Shown piece by piece: positions 1 to 13,532 of a DNA stretch of 64,000 bases. Source of the DNA: Pristiophorus japonicus (Eukaryota); the NCBI RefSeq assembly GCF_044704955.1, contig NC_091998.1, positions 60,078,001 through 60,142,000 on the forward strand, in the 5' to 3' direction. How positions within the stretch are numbered: position 1 is the stretch's first letter; every line of letters starts with the position of its first letter. A model generated the notes under the pieces. That model saw only the letters and a list, made by a program, of their open reading frames with translations. It was not told the DNA's origin and did no database searches. The position numbers and the translations under genes were made by a program.

Positions 1-2893
1 AATTGGCCTCAACTACTTTCTGTGGTAGAGAATTCCACAGGTTCTGGGTGAAGAAGTTTCTCCTCATCTCGGTCCTAAATGGCTTACCCCTTATCCTTAG
101 ACTGTGACCCCTGGTTCTGGACTTCCCCAACATTGGGAACATTCTTCCTGCATCCAACCTGTCCAAACCCGTCAGAATTTTAAACGTTTCTATGAGGTCC
201 CCTCTCACTCTTCTGAACTCCAGTGAATACAAGCCCAGTTGATCCAGTCTTTCTTGATAGGTCAGTCCCACCATCCCGGGAATCAGTCTGGTGAATCTTC
301 GCTGCACTCCCTCAATAGCAAGAATGTCCTTCCTCAAGTTAGGAGACCAAAACTGTACACAATACTCCAGGTGTGGCCTCACCAAGGCCCTGTACAACTG
401 TAGCAACACCTCCCTGCCCCTGTACTCAAATCCCCTCGCTATGAAGGCCAACATGCCATTTGCTTCTTAACCGCCTGCTGTACCTGCATGCCAACCTTCA
501 GTGACTGATGTACCATGACACCCAGGTCTCGTTGCACCTCCCCTTTTCCTAATCTGTCACCATTCAGATAATAGTCTGTCTCTCTGTTTTTACCACCAAA
601 GTGGATAACCTCACATTTATCCACATTATACTTCATCTGCCACGCATTTGCCCACTCACCTAACCTATCCAAGTCACTCTGCAACCTCATAGCATCCTCC
701 TCGCAGCTCACACTGCCACCCAACTTAGTGTCATCCGCAAATATGGAGATACTACATATAATCACCTCGTCTAAATCATTAATGTACAATATAAACAGCT
801 GGGGCCCCAGCACAGAACCCTGCGGTACCCCACTAGTCACTGCCTGCCATTCTGAAAAGTACCCATTTACTCCTACTCTTTGCTTCCTGTCTGACAACCA
901 GTTCTCAATCCACGTCAGCACACTACCCCCAATCCCATGTGCTCTAACTTTGCACATTAATCTCCTGTGTGGGACCTTGTCGAAAGCCTTCTGAAAGTCC
1001 AAATATACCACATCAACTGGTTCTCCTTTGTCCACTTTACTGGAAACATCCTCAAAAAATTCCAGAAGATTTGTCGAGCATGATTTCCCTTTCACAAATC
1101 CATGCTGACTTGGACCTATCATGTCACCATTTTCCAAATGTGCTGCTATGACATCCTTAATAATTGATTCCATCATTTTACCCACGACTGAGGTCAGGCT
1201 GACCGGTCTATAATTCCCTGCTTTCTCTCTCCCTCCTTTTTAAAAAAGTGGGGTTACATTGGCTACCCTCCACTCAATAGGAACTGATCCAGAGTCAATG
1301 GAATGTTGGAAAATGACTGTCAATGCATCCGCTATTTCCAAGGCCACCTCCTTAAGTACTCTGGGATGCAGTCCATCAGGCCCTGGGGATTTATCGGCCT
1401 TCAATCCCATCAATTTCCCCAACACAATTTCCCCAACACAATTTCCCGACTAATAAAGATTTCCCTCAGTTCCTCCTCCTTACTAGACCCTCTGACCCCT
1501 TTTATATCCGGAAGGTCGTTTGTGTCCTCCTTAGTGAATACTGAACCAAAGTACTTGTTCAATTGGTCTGCCATTTCTTTGTTCCCCGTTATGACTTCCC
1601 CTGATTCTGACTGCAGGGGACCTATGTTTGTCTTTACTAACCTTTTTCTCTTTACATACCTATAGAAACTTTTGCAATCCGCCTTAATGTTCCCTGCAAG
1701 CTTCTTCTCGTACTCCATTTTCCCTGCCCTAATCAAACCCTTTGTCCTCCTCTGCTGAGTTCTAAATTTCTCTCAGTCCCCAGGTTCACTGCTATTTCTG
1801 GCCAATTTGTATGCCACTTCCTTGGCTTTAATACTATCCCTGATTTCCCTAGATAACCACGGTTGAGCCACCTTCCCTTTTTTATTTTTACGCCAGACAG
1901 AAATGTATAATTGTTGTAATTCATCCATGCGGTCTCTAAATGTCTGCCATTGCCCATCCACAGTCAACCCCTTAAGTATCATTCGCCAATCTATCTTAGC
2001 CAATTCACGCCTCATACCTTCAAAGTTACCCTTCTTTAAGTTCTGGACCATGATCTCTGAATTAACTGTTTCATTCTCCATCCTAATGCAGAATTCCACC
2101 ATATTATGGTCACTCTTCTCCAAGTGGCCTCGCACAATGAGATTGCTAATTAATCCTTTCATTACACAACACTCAGTCTAAGATGGCCTCCCCCCTAGTT
2201 GGTTCCTCGACATATTGGTCTAGAAAACCATTCCTTATGCACTCCAGGAAATCCTCCTCCACCGTATTGCTTCCAGTTTGGCTAGCCCAATCTATGTGCA
2301 TATTAAAGTCACCCATTATAACTGCTGCACCTTTATTGCATGCACTCCTAATTTCCTGTTTGATGCCCTCCCCAACATCACTACTACTGTTTGGAGGTCT
2401 GTGCACAACTCCCACTAACGTTTTTTGCCCTTTAGTGTTCTGCAGCTCTACTCGTATAGATTCCACATCATCCAAGCTAATGTCTTTCCTAACTATTGCA
2501 TTAATCTCCTCTTTAACCAACAATGCTACCCCACCTCCTTTTCCTTTTATTCTATCCTTCCTGAATGTTGAATACCCCTGGATGTTGAGTTCCCAGCCCT
2601 GATCATCCTGGAGCCACGTCTCCGTAATCCCAATCACATCATATTTGTTAACATCTATTTGCACAGTTAATTCATCCACCTTATTGCGGATACTCCTTGC
2701 ATTAAGACACAAAGCCTTCAGGCTTGTTTTTTTAACACCCTTTGTCCTTTTAGAATTTTACTGTACAGTGGCCCTTTTTGTTCTTTGCCTTGGGTTTCTC
2801 TGCCCTCCACTTTTCTTCATCTCCTGTCTGTCTTTTGCTTTTGCTTTTGCCTCCTTTTTGTCTCCCTCTGTCTCCCTGCATAGGTTCCCATCC
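1..2893 (-). mobile_element. CR1-clade LINE ORF2 (endonuclease + RT), young subfamily, frameshifted; 3' end runs off the window start
   Basis: APE motifs (CLNARSIRNK, GITETWL, MGDFN) in ORF 2173-2712; RT motifs (YLDFQKAFDKVPH, GVPQGSVLGP, FADDTKL) in ORF 439-1185; 14-bp tandem duplication at ~1411-1447. Lies in the last HK2 intron. Confidence 0.95.
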
Positions 2894-3810
2894 CTCCGTC
2901 CACACAGATTACCCTCCTGGTCTCTAATAGGCCCTACCCTTTCTTTATTATCCTCGCTCTTAATATATTTATGAAACATCTTTGGGTTTTCCTTGATTTT
3001 ACTTGCCTAGAATTTTTCATGCACTCTTTGCTTTCCTAATATCCTTTTTAATTTCACCTCTGGACTTTCTATACCCCTCTAAAAATTCTACAGTATTTAG
3101 TCCTCGGTATCTGTCATAAACCTCCCTTCTTTTCTTTATCTTACCCTGTATATCCCTCGACATTCAGGGGGCTCTAGATTTGTTAATCCCACCCTTTTTC
3201 TTTAAGGGCACATATTTGGCCTGTACTCTCCAGATTTCCTCCTTGAATGCCTCCCATGGCTCTGACACTGATTTACCTACAAGTAGCTGTTTCCACTTAA
3301 CTTTGGCTAAATCACCTCTCCGCTTAGCAAAGTTGGCTTTTCCCCAACTTAGAACTTTTATTCCTGGTCTATCCTTGTCCTTTTTCATAACTACCTTAAA
3401 TCTAACTGAATTATGGACACTAGCACCTAAATACTCTCCCACTGATACCCCTTCCATCTGCCCAACTTCATTCCCTGAAACTAAATCCAGAACCGCCGCC
3501 TCCCGTGTTAGGCTTGCTTGCATACTGACTAAAAAAAAGTTGTCTTGAATGCATTTTAGGAATTCCACACCCTCTATACCCTTCATACTGATTTTGTTCC
3601 AGTTAATATTAGGATACTTGAAATCCCCCACTATTACTGCCCTATAGTTTTTGCACTTCTCAGAAATGTGCCTACATATTGCTCTTCTATCTCCCTCTCA
3701 CTGTTTGGGGGTCGATAGTACTCGCCCAGCAGTGTGATCGCCCCATATTTTGTTTTTCAGTTCGATCCATATGGCCTCGTTTGATGATCCCTCTAACATA
3801 TCATCCCTCT
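2894..3810 (-). mobile_element. Older CR1 endonuclease-region fragment
   Basis: ORF 3164-3631 (GDFKYPNINW...LDLV...HNSVRF) is a degenerate CR1 EN; boundaries approximate. Confidence 0.8.
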
Positions 3811-3991
3811 TCACCGCACCTCACCTCTTCTTGGATTTGTAAGCTGTAATAGTTTTGTAAAATGGCGGAGCAGGCTCGAAGGGCTGTAGGGCCTACTCCT
3901 GCTCCTATTTCTTATGTACTTGTGATTGTGAAATGCCTGCCCATCTTCAGCTTTAGTTTCTCCTTGTTTAACCTCTTTCTCTTCTTTTCAG

Positions 3992-4136
3992 CTTCTCCAC
4001 AATAATGCACGAGACTGTCGCACGCCTGTCTCCCAAATGCAAGGTGTCCTTTGTGCCGTCGGAAGATGGCAGCGGGAAGGGAGCGGCACTGATCACCGCG
4101 GTCGCCTGTCGCATCCGAGAGGCCGGGCAGCATTAG
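3992..4136 (+). CDS. HK2: Hexokinase 2, terminal coding exon
   Basis: Polypyrimidine tract + cag acceptor ending 3991; phase-2 exon reads [65 protein letters not shown] is the hexokinase C-terminal signature and [11 protein letters not shown] matches the HK2-type tail. Not in the ORF track. Confidence 0.93.
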
Positions 4137-4179
4137 AACAGACTTGCAGCAAGTTTTCTCCTTCATCGACACTAGGAAC

Positions 4180-4452
4180 CTTCCCTTCTCTCCCCTCCCC
4201 CCTTCCTCTCCCCCTTCCCCCTTCCTCTCCCCCCTCCCCCCTCCCCCTTCCACTCCTCCCCCTTCCACTCCTCCCTCCCCCCCTTCCTCTCCTCCCCCCC
4301 TCCCTCTCCCCCCCTCCCTCTCCCCCCTCCCTCTCCCTCTCCCCCCCCTCCCTCTCCCCCCCTCCCTCTCCCCCCCCTCCCTCTCCCCCCCCTCCCTCTC
4401 CCCCCCCTCCCTCTCCCCCCCCTCCCTCTCCCCCCCCTCCCTCTCCCCTCCT
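4180..4452. repeat. Polypyrimidine/polypurine low-complexity tract with ~15-nt (ctccctctccccccc) units
   Basis: Almost only C/T on the + strand, just downstream of the HK2 stop. Confidence 0.9.
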
Positions 4453-6853
4453 CGCACCCCTGAAGAATTGAGCCACTCTGCTTCTCCTGTATTCCAGAGT
4501 TAGGTGGTGATTGTTCTTGTGCTTCCAGAGTGAGAGTGAGATGTGATCCTGTTGTAATCTGAAACCCCTCAGGTCATTCTCTTATTCAAATGTACACTTG
4601 GTTGGGGGGTGGGAAGGGAAATGAAGAGTGCTTGAAATTTGCCAGACCCCACAGTTTATCTGTCAGTAAGATGTCGTCACTGACATTGTTTTGACCTTCT
4701 GCCTCTCTCTCTTCCCATTTGAAGGATGCTGTTGAAATTGCAATTGCTACTTCTAACTGAACAGGACAAGTTTGGTTGGGAAATACGTTTTTTAATATTT
4801 CAAATTTATAGCTGATGTGATGGGGGTGGGTGGGGGGGGGGGGGGTGGGAAATAAGACAAAAAAATCCAAGAGGAGGTGGGGTGGGGGGGTAATTCCATG
4901 CTTTACTTTGAACCAGCCATTGATGCAGTTTGGTGGAGCAGGAATGTTACGATAGACTTTTTATTGGCGGTGAGAAGGCGTCGATAACTGTGCCCCTTTG
5001 AAAGCGATCCATTTATAGATTGTATGGTGGTTCCTGGTGATGCACGGTGGTTGAGAAATACTAGCTCTTTGGAAACAGTGCCATCTACAGACCAGGAGGG
5101 TGGTGAACCTTTCTTGTACATACACTCAAGTTGCACTCTGCCCCTTTTCCTACTTTGTTCTGTCAAAGCTTGCAGATTTAGGGGAAGAGGTTAATTGGCC
5201 ATTTATTAATCTGATAATCCCCTTCTCTTACCTGGTTTACATTATCAACCTGCTATGTTGAGTATTTACTTATTCAGTTCCATCTACTGCCGTAAGCAGT
5301 AGCTATGCCACACACGGAAGTGAGTGAGAGATTATCCTGGGTCTTCCTGTTGGGTGTATATCTCAGCACGTCACACTGCGTGAGAAGAGCCTTTTACTCC
5401 ACACCGGCATTGGTGGGAATTTACACTGTATTAATATTGGTGGAATGATGTTGGTCCAGGCACCAATCTGCAGAAGTCCCCTGTGTTTACAAAGCTATAG
5501 ACCCTCACAGCTTTAAGAACACCATCATGCAGACATAGAGAAGGGTGGTGGCATCACCCTAACATCTTTTGGCTGTAGATACCCAGGCAAGATTAGCAGT
5601 TTCCTTTGGCATTAGATCAGGGGCATGTTTACATGACATCTGGTACAAATCTGCGAATGAAGGGAGAGCTAGCTCATGAGCAATCTTTCAAACTACTATT
5701 TATTGTATTTTAAAAAATGTACAGAAGAAATGTACAGAGCCAAACTGGTGTGGGTGTGGTGATACGCAGTGAATTATCACGGACTTGCTCGCTAAGTTTG
5801 TGCGTTGCACATTTCACTTCCGGGGGGGCGAATGAATTCCACATTCCAAGGGCTTCCTAGTTGCCAGGAGGCTTATATCTGCAATTTATTTCTCTCATTG
5901 TGATTCCTGCTGCTCAGGTTGCTTTGTAGATATTTGGCACAGCATTGAAAATATTTTTGGATTTTCAAACACTCAACGAACAAAAAAATGGAGAAAATAT
6001 ATATATTTTTTTTATGCCAAAACAAAATAATTGTCAAATACTTGAACGGGATCTGCATGAAGGATGTTACTGAAAAATGACTGCAGCCGCCCTGTAGTTA
6101 GGCTCAGTACAGATTACGTGAAGCTAGCGCACTATTTTACTAAAACAGTGAAATTCAGTTTATATGCAATAACATAGCACAAACAAAACTACCTATGTGG
6201 GAAAGGGTCCAATCATGTCACCCAAGTGAGGACTTGGTAATGATTCCAACCAACAAGAGTCTGTTAATTGGCCAGGGTGGGGAGGGTCTCTGTAAGTGGG
6301 AACATTTGATTAGATACTGATTCAGCCCTCATTCCTTTGTTTCTCGAGGTATTCGCGGAGAGGACTTGCCCAGATTTTTTCCCACAAATTGGCCGGGGTA
6401 TTTTAATCCTTTTTTCGCCTCTCCCAGGAGATTGCATGGCTTTGGGTGTGATAGAGAGTGTATACATTATGATACACAAGGTATCGCAATTGTGTGGGAC
6501 AGGCTTGATGGACTAGAGGGTCTTTACCTGTCTGTCATTGTTCGTATGTTCATATATGTAACCCTGGTATATCTGTGACCTACGACTCGAGTGGGAGAGG
6601 TGCACCATTTATACTAGGGACAATACGCTGCTGGTGCTGAAGGTGAGCCTATCTGGTGGTCTAAGGTGATTAATTCTGGCACCACCATCATCAACTTGGC
6701 TCATATTTCCCTTGAGTTACTGAGTCTCCTACTTCACTGGATACAGACCCTAAAGCACAGTGCATTTGTCGCTGACGCAGAGGGTTGTGGGTTGCTCAGT
6801 ACCTGGGTGTGCACGTGTGCAGGAGGTGCTACTGAGAGCTATAAAGCCTTGCA

Positions 6854-7371
6854 ACTCTTTTTGGGGTAAACAAAATTAAACATTAAATCAAGTGCCCCCC
6901 GATCTGGGGGACAGTGCAAACACTTTTCACGTGCCCTTTTTTTTTGGGTGATTTTTGTGTTTGTTTTTTTTTGGGCAGTAAAATCATAATTTACAAGTGC
7001 CCCCTATAAAAGGGGAGGGAACACTAAAATCGGCAGTTAAAACAAATTAAACTTTAAAACATATAAAATCAAATTAAAATTTGGTTGCCGGGGGTAACGA
7101 TGCACTCCAGTCCCTCCGGCGCCCACCTCTTGCGGAAGGCCGCGAGCGTACCGGTGGATATAGCCTTACAACTCTTTTGGGGGGGGAGCAAAATAAACGT
7201 TAGATCAAGTGCCCCCCGATCTGGGAGACACTCCAGACACTTAACTGCCCCTTTTCTTGAAATGTTTTTTTATTTCTTTTTTGGGGGTTTTTTGTGGGGT
7301 TTTTTGTGATTTTTTTGGGAGGCATTAAAACCATATATTTTACAAGTGCCCCCTATAAAAGGGGAGGGGGA
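6854..7371 (-). mobile_element. Two tandem 5'-truncated Tx1-type LINE 3' ends
   Basis: 7080-7156 matches the ORF2 end at 28660-28737; units 6854-7155 and 7171-7371 share 3' UTR sequence; ggatatagccttaca repeated at 7156-7170 and 7372-7386. Confidence 0.75.
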
Positions 7372-9539
7372 GGATATAGCCTTACATACTGGATTCCCAT
7401 CTGTACAGGTGATGACATGGTGACCACTCAGGAATGGAGTCAGTGAATTCTGAACTTTTACCCAGAACAGTTTCAGGAATCTAACAAATTCTCCTCACCC
7501 TGAGGACCTCTTTGTTGCTCTTGCCTAGTTGCCTGTATTAGACCGTGCATTGATGGAAATGAATGAATGAGCAGATGTTTGCTCACCATGGGGGTGGGGG
7601 GGGTTCTTCGGGAGAGTTGAACTAAATCAGGAATTTGTTGGCATCAGATTTACTACAGGGGTGGGCTTTGTGGATGGCAACACATAAGACTAAGCAGATC
7701 AATGATCCCCATAATCAATGCTGCTTTACTGTGTAAGGAAATGCACATTCAGTTGTGTGTCTCTACCTGTTGGAACTGTATGCAGAGAAGGCATGATTTT
7801 TCACTGTGTCTGGGTCTCAACTGAATGAGATGGACCTCCAGTCCAAGAGACTGTTCTTCGTCAAAGAGGTGAGATCCAGCACATATGCTCACTAAGACTA
7901 CTTCTATCTTGAACTCCTTAGGACTCTTGAGCTGTTAAGTGCAGCAAGCAATACAAAGCAACTTGAATTGTTTGGGTAGAGGGGCGTTAGCTTAACCTAG
8001 GCAATGGATGCTCTTGGTACATAGGCTGCATTGGTTTGATTGTCCTTTGGTTTTACTCAGTTTATTTATTTTGTGTTTTATTAAAATTAATTTTGCTTGG
8101 CAAGGAACAGCAATGGTTTGGGTCGGGGAGGTGTAGGTTTAACAATAATAGTGACAGTAATTCCTCCTCAGCAACCTTCTCTTGTACGTTTCCTCAAAAT
8201 TCTCCAACATGTAGCATAGGTTTTCCTTGCCGATCCCTGCTGTGCAATTGCTGATATGCAGCACGACTGTTATCACAAACCGTTAGTCTGTGCCGAAAGA
8301 AAGTACATCGCCACTTGTACAATGATGCAGACACTGGTGAGATACCTCAAACCAGAGCACAGGCTTGTACACAATGAGCAGTGAGCAAAATAAGCCGTTC
8401 TTCCGCTCCTCAAACCAGTTTGAGGTATTTTTACTCTTTAGTATTATTCAAGCTCTAAGGGTCTTTTTATTGTTTTGGTACAGTCTGCTTGTAGGTAGAT
8501 GGCAATGCTGTATTGTCAGTGTATTTTTGACACTTGTTAATGCAGGTGAAACAGTGCCACCTACTGATGAAGAGCAAAAGTGCAGCTCCTTCCGCGGTAA
8601 GTTATTACAGTGTCACAGAAAAGTCACCGCTGGGGCAGCGGGAGAGCCCGTGTTGAGTGCTGGAACATGTCATCAGAACCCCGAGGTCGCGTTGCAGCCT
8701 ATAACCTCATTCCAGCCAGTAATGTGATTCGATTGCCGTTCTAACCCATACTTAGATAGTGGAATCTGATGTAGGAAAAGAAACGGGAGCAGGATGGAAG
8801 ACACAAGTTTCTGGGATTAAATGGAGATTGAAATCCACGTGCAAAAGCTTTACAACGACATTATTCCGTGGGAGAAGAGGGAGGGAATAGACAGGGCTTG
8901 CTTTTAGTTTTTGCTTTTAATGCGTGAGAATTTGTAACCCTCCGCAAAGCCCAGTCCTTTGGATGGTGCGAGGGAAGCACTGACTGTAGCCATGTGAGGA
9001 TTTTGATGATGCACTGGGCAATTAAACACTTAATTCGCTCAGCCCATAATATGGGAACTAATTTAATCTGCAATACCTTCAAGGCTGCTTAATAGACGTG
9101 CCGTGTTTATGCGTGGATATTCTCATTGGAAAAGTTTCTGGTATAGATCCTAGTGACCCCACTGTCCCAGCATAACAGCAAACTGCGGCACAATTCAGAT
9201 AGATGGGTTCAGAAGGACATCTTTTGACAGAGCGTCATTGCGCATATTAGAAGAGGATGTCTAATGTTCATAGCTAGCCCAGACATGAAGAGCTCAACAT
9301 GGATATTATACACACACACACATAACATGCCGCCACCAAATGTAACTGTGTTGACGTATGATGGTGATGAAACACTTTATAACAATCTGACCTTGACTGA
9401 GCTGCAGTAGCTCAGGATGCTGAGCCAAGGAGAATCAGGAAGGCTGAAAATCTGAAATTAAAGCAGAATGCATTCTATGGAAATGTTGGAATGATCATCT
9501 GGAAGAAACAAAAACGGTTAAAGTTTTTGGGTGGGGCTG

Positions 9540-10470
9540 AGAATCATCGAATGATATAGTACAGAAGGCGAGAATCATCGAATGATATAGTACAGAAGGC
9601 GATTATTCAACTGACTAAGCCTGTGCCGGCTCTTTAAACGCGCTGTCCAATTCGCCCCACTCCCCATCCCCTTCACCATAGCCTAGCAAATGTTTCACCT
9701 TCAAGTATTTATCCATTCCCTTCTGAAAGTTACTGTTGCATCTGCTTCCACTCCTTTTCGAGCAGCGTATTCCAGATCTCAACAACTTGCTGCGTAAAAA
9801 AATCTCATCTGGTCTCTAGTTATTTTGCTAATGACCTTAAATCGGTGCCCTCTGGCAACTGACCCTCCCGCCACTGGAAACAGTTTCTCCTTTACCCTAG
9901 CAAAACCATTCATAGTTTTCAATATCTCTATCTCCATTTAACCTTCTCTGCTGTAAGGGGAACAACCCTAATTTCTCATCTCTTCACCTAATCAAAGTCC
10001 CTCATTCTTGGTATTCTTCTAGTAAATCTCTTCTGCGCCCTCTCTAAGGTCTTGATATCCTTCCTAAAATGTGGTGCCCAGAATTGGACACCATACTCCA
10101 GCTGGGGCCTAACCAATGATGTATAAAGGGTTTGCATAACTTCCGTGCATTCTCCACAGACAGCTGCCTGAATAGTTCCAGCATTTTCTGTTTTTATTTC
10201 AGATTTCCAGCATCCGCAGTATTTTGCTTTTATACTGGGTGTCTCTGTTTATAAAGCCAATGATCCCGTCTGCTTTTTTAACAGCCTTCTCAACTTGTGC
10301 TGCCACGTTCAAAAATGTCCATACACACCCCCAGGTCTGTTCCTGCACCCCCTTTTAATATTGTACAATTTTATTTATATCGTTTCTCTCCATTCTTCCT
10401 ACCAAAATGCATGACCTCACACTTCCCTGTGTTAAATTGCATCTGCCATGTGTCTGCCCGTTTCACCACT
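9540..10470 (-). mobile_element. Degenerate CR1 3' fragment containing a Penelope-type palindrome fragment (~10150-10232)
   Basis: Similarity to the other CR1 3' regions in the window; 31-bp tandem duplication at ~9539-9601. Confidence 0.7.
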
Positions 10471-13389
10471 GACTTTGATCACAACTTTTTATGTGATGAA
10501 GAGAGTCACTGGCCCTGAAGCTATAACCAAACTCTCTTTGATTGCTATTTCAGCTGCTGTCGTTTTCCAGCATTTTCTGCGTTTTTTAATTGAAGGAATT
10601 AATGGGGAATGATGCAACTTAAAAGCAGAATTGTGATCTGCATGGCTGGGTTTTGCTCCTCCTGTCTGGGCTTAGTTTGTACAGCTGATCAACACGGCGT
10701 TGGATATAAAGGAAGTCTAAGTTTCCGTTCCTCCTTTACCGAGGTAGTTTTTATAATGTTTAAACGAGGGTGTGTAATATATTGCTATGTGCATAGTACT
10801 CATCTCACCAATGACTACCCTCCAACAGTAACCAATAGAAATTGCTCAAACACAATTCTTGTCATTGCTGTGAGGACTTTGCGGCCACGAGACGTTGAAT
10901 TGTGCGGGTGTTCAATTGAAGAGTAGAAAATAATTAATATTTACCTCCTTTGTCTTTTCACTTGATGAAAGCAATATTTTAATGCTGAAGAAACCCTTTT
11001 TCCGAGTAATACTGAAAGTTGCAATCGCTTATTACAGTTGAGTAATCACCTCTGCTTGTCTGAGTATGTTCCACGTAGTGAATCTTGTGAAACTATTTCT
11101 TCTTATAAAATTTCATAGCATTGGGGTACAAATCCATGATTACACAATATCGGTACTTGCTCTGATTCCAGAATGGTCATTTGGAATGATGGGGGCATTC
11201 TCGGCTGTCGGGGCATTGAATGATTTGTAAATGAGATCCATTAGGACTAACCAGCTCCTGTTGCAGTTATGAATCAACAGGAAGTATCACTCTCTAACCA
11301 GATTTAATTCATTTACCTTCCATTTGCTGTTACCTCTTTAGTGCTGGTTAGTAATTTATGAAAGGAGACCATTGGATTGGGATTTATTTCACTTGAGCCG
11401 TAGTTTGATAAGATAACCTCTGGACTGTTTAATGTGGGATGGGTTTCCCATGGAAAGCACTACTGCCTGAATATCGAGCCCAGCTCCTACTTAGAGCCGC
11501 CTTTATAGCTGTTGTTAGTATTGGGCTTCTGTATGTTACATGGGATTATGATATTGCTGAAACCAATTTGGGTTATCACATTTGTGCGGGCTACTATGTG
11601 AATCCCTCAGTCTGAAATCACTCCCAGATTGTACATTTGAACCATCTGAAGTCTTTGACGAGATTGCAGCCCGTGACCGTTGTAGTATGTATATTGATGA
11701 CTGTTAATAATATACAAGCTTTAATATCTTTGTTTAAATATGAGCAACTTCGAGCTGCGCCATTACAATATTAGTTACAAAGGGACTGCGCGTTGCAGAG
11801 AATTGGGGCAGTCATTAGTAACTGTATGGTACTGAGTTCCTGCTTATTGGATCCTTGGTGAACTGAGTTTGGCACAGGCTGGACCCAGCAGTAGCCCCCA
11901 GCACGAAGCAGCCCATAATGAGTACCGCTTGGTAATTTCACTCAAAGTGACCACAAGCAGACAGCAGGAGTGGGGAACAGTATTGTCCGGCCGGTATAGA
12001 TGCTCCTTTTTGAAGGGGAAGTTGAGACCACGCTCTACTTCTAACCCGTGCTATACCTCAACTGGGGGAGTGCTTAATGCTGGCACTAGGTGGGAGATAG
12101 TTCCATTTCTTAACACCTCGAAAAGCACTAAATCCACAGTCTTAAATCAAATGTATAAGTTTAAAGATCCTCGGTGTCTAAATTGGAAGTGGCTGGTTTG
12201 AACAAGGCCATCAGGTCCCAAGGGCCCAGCATTAATTGGGGAGATGCGGTGCAAGGCAGTTTGAATATTGGTATTCAATTGAATGCATAATTTATAAAGA
12301 TGACTACACAGAGGGAAGCTGCTTTTAAGTTTTAAACTGTTGTGTTTAGTGTTAAATGCTCTGTTGTAACGCAAGGTTTCTGAAATACGTGCAGTGTGTT
12401 TGATATTCGATGGGATGCGATGAGTTTTCGGAATTAATGCGACAGGTTTGTGTGTTGCATCTCTGCAGCAGTCCTAATGTGGTCACCCACTCCCAGACTG
12501 TGTTGTAGGTATGTTTTACCTGTAACCGTGTGTTGTGTTGTGGAAAGCTGCCCAAAGTTCAGGCTGCACACAGTAATGAGAGAGCACAGTTACTGCCAGC
12601 GTCAGTACTCTCACAAGGGACTGAGAGCTGTTATCATTGTAGCGCTGTGTCTCCATGCCTCCGATACCACGACCTGGTCCTCAGCTGGCAGCTCATGTTC
12701 TGCCCATCAGTATGTACACGCGATGCAGCCTCATACAGGGCTCGCACCTTTATCCTATAAGCTACCTGCACATGCCTTGGTTGCGAGTTTGAGCAGGGAA
12801 CCTGCTCATGCCCCTCTCGGTGTGAGCACTCTTCTGGGAGCCTTCAGAGAATTTCTACAGAAATAAGTGTTAATGAGGCCCCTGTCGTGCTTTTGTGAAT
12901 CAGACCCATATAAAGAGAGACTTCTGATGTGACAAGATTGCATTGTTTTTTTTAAGTAAATCTCCATTTATATCCCATGGCGGACGCTATCACAGCAAAC
13001 CTGCTCCTGCCCAAAATAAACTGGTACATTTAAACTGCATACACTGCACAACCTTTCCAATAACCGACGATTCATTGCATCCCACTCCTAGACATTAATC
13101 TGTGAGACCAGTGACTGGGTCACCAGCAGAGACAGTGTCACACACTCCTGTAAGTAGGCTCGCAGGTCTGGCCAGAGATTGTGCAATAGACTCGAGCCTT
13201 GCATTGCAAATCTTGAAATGTCGGGAGGCAGAGGTGTTATTTATGAATATTTATTTATTTTGATGGCTTAGTGCGATAGAGCAGGTCTGTTATTTTGATA
13301 TAGTGTCTGGGCTGTTTATAAGGCTGTTGTTCCTGTTCCATTTGGGTGTTTTCTCTCTTCACATTTAATGGATGGTTGTTTCGATGCAA

Positions 13390-13452
13390 ATTAAAGAATA
13401 TATTTCCCATAGAAATGCCTTGTTGCACTTATTTTGTCTCTTTTGTATTTTT
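13390..13452 (+). terminator. Candidate distal poly(A) signal for HK2
   Basis: ATTAAA at 13390-13395 followed by a U/GU-rich tract; AU-rich element tatttatttattt at ~13246-13260; unique sequence ends shortly after. Confidence 0.3.
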
Positions 13453-13532
13453 AAGTGAGGCAGACTGCAGACATGTTCAGTCATAAATGCACAGAACTTG
13501 CTTACCTCTGATTTTACAAGTGCCAGTGTTTT

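Noticed and set aside
3912-4503. Gly/Glu/Arg- and Pro-rich ORFs on both strands
   Set aside because: Artefacts of the C/T tract; the real coding sequence is the HK2 exon 3992-4136.
5695-5740. Minus-strand poly(A) site of an unseen gene
   Set aside because: No upstream minus-strand exons found nearby; equally explained as AU-rich HK2 UTR sequence.
10490-10545. Additional hammerhead-like motif
   Set aside because: The core is mutated (gtgatga, gaagc) and stem II is poorly paired.
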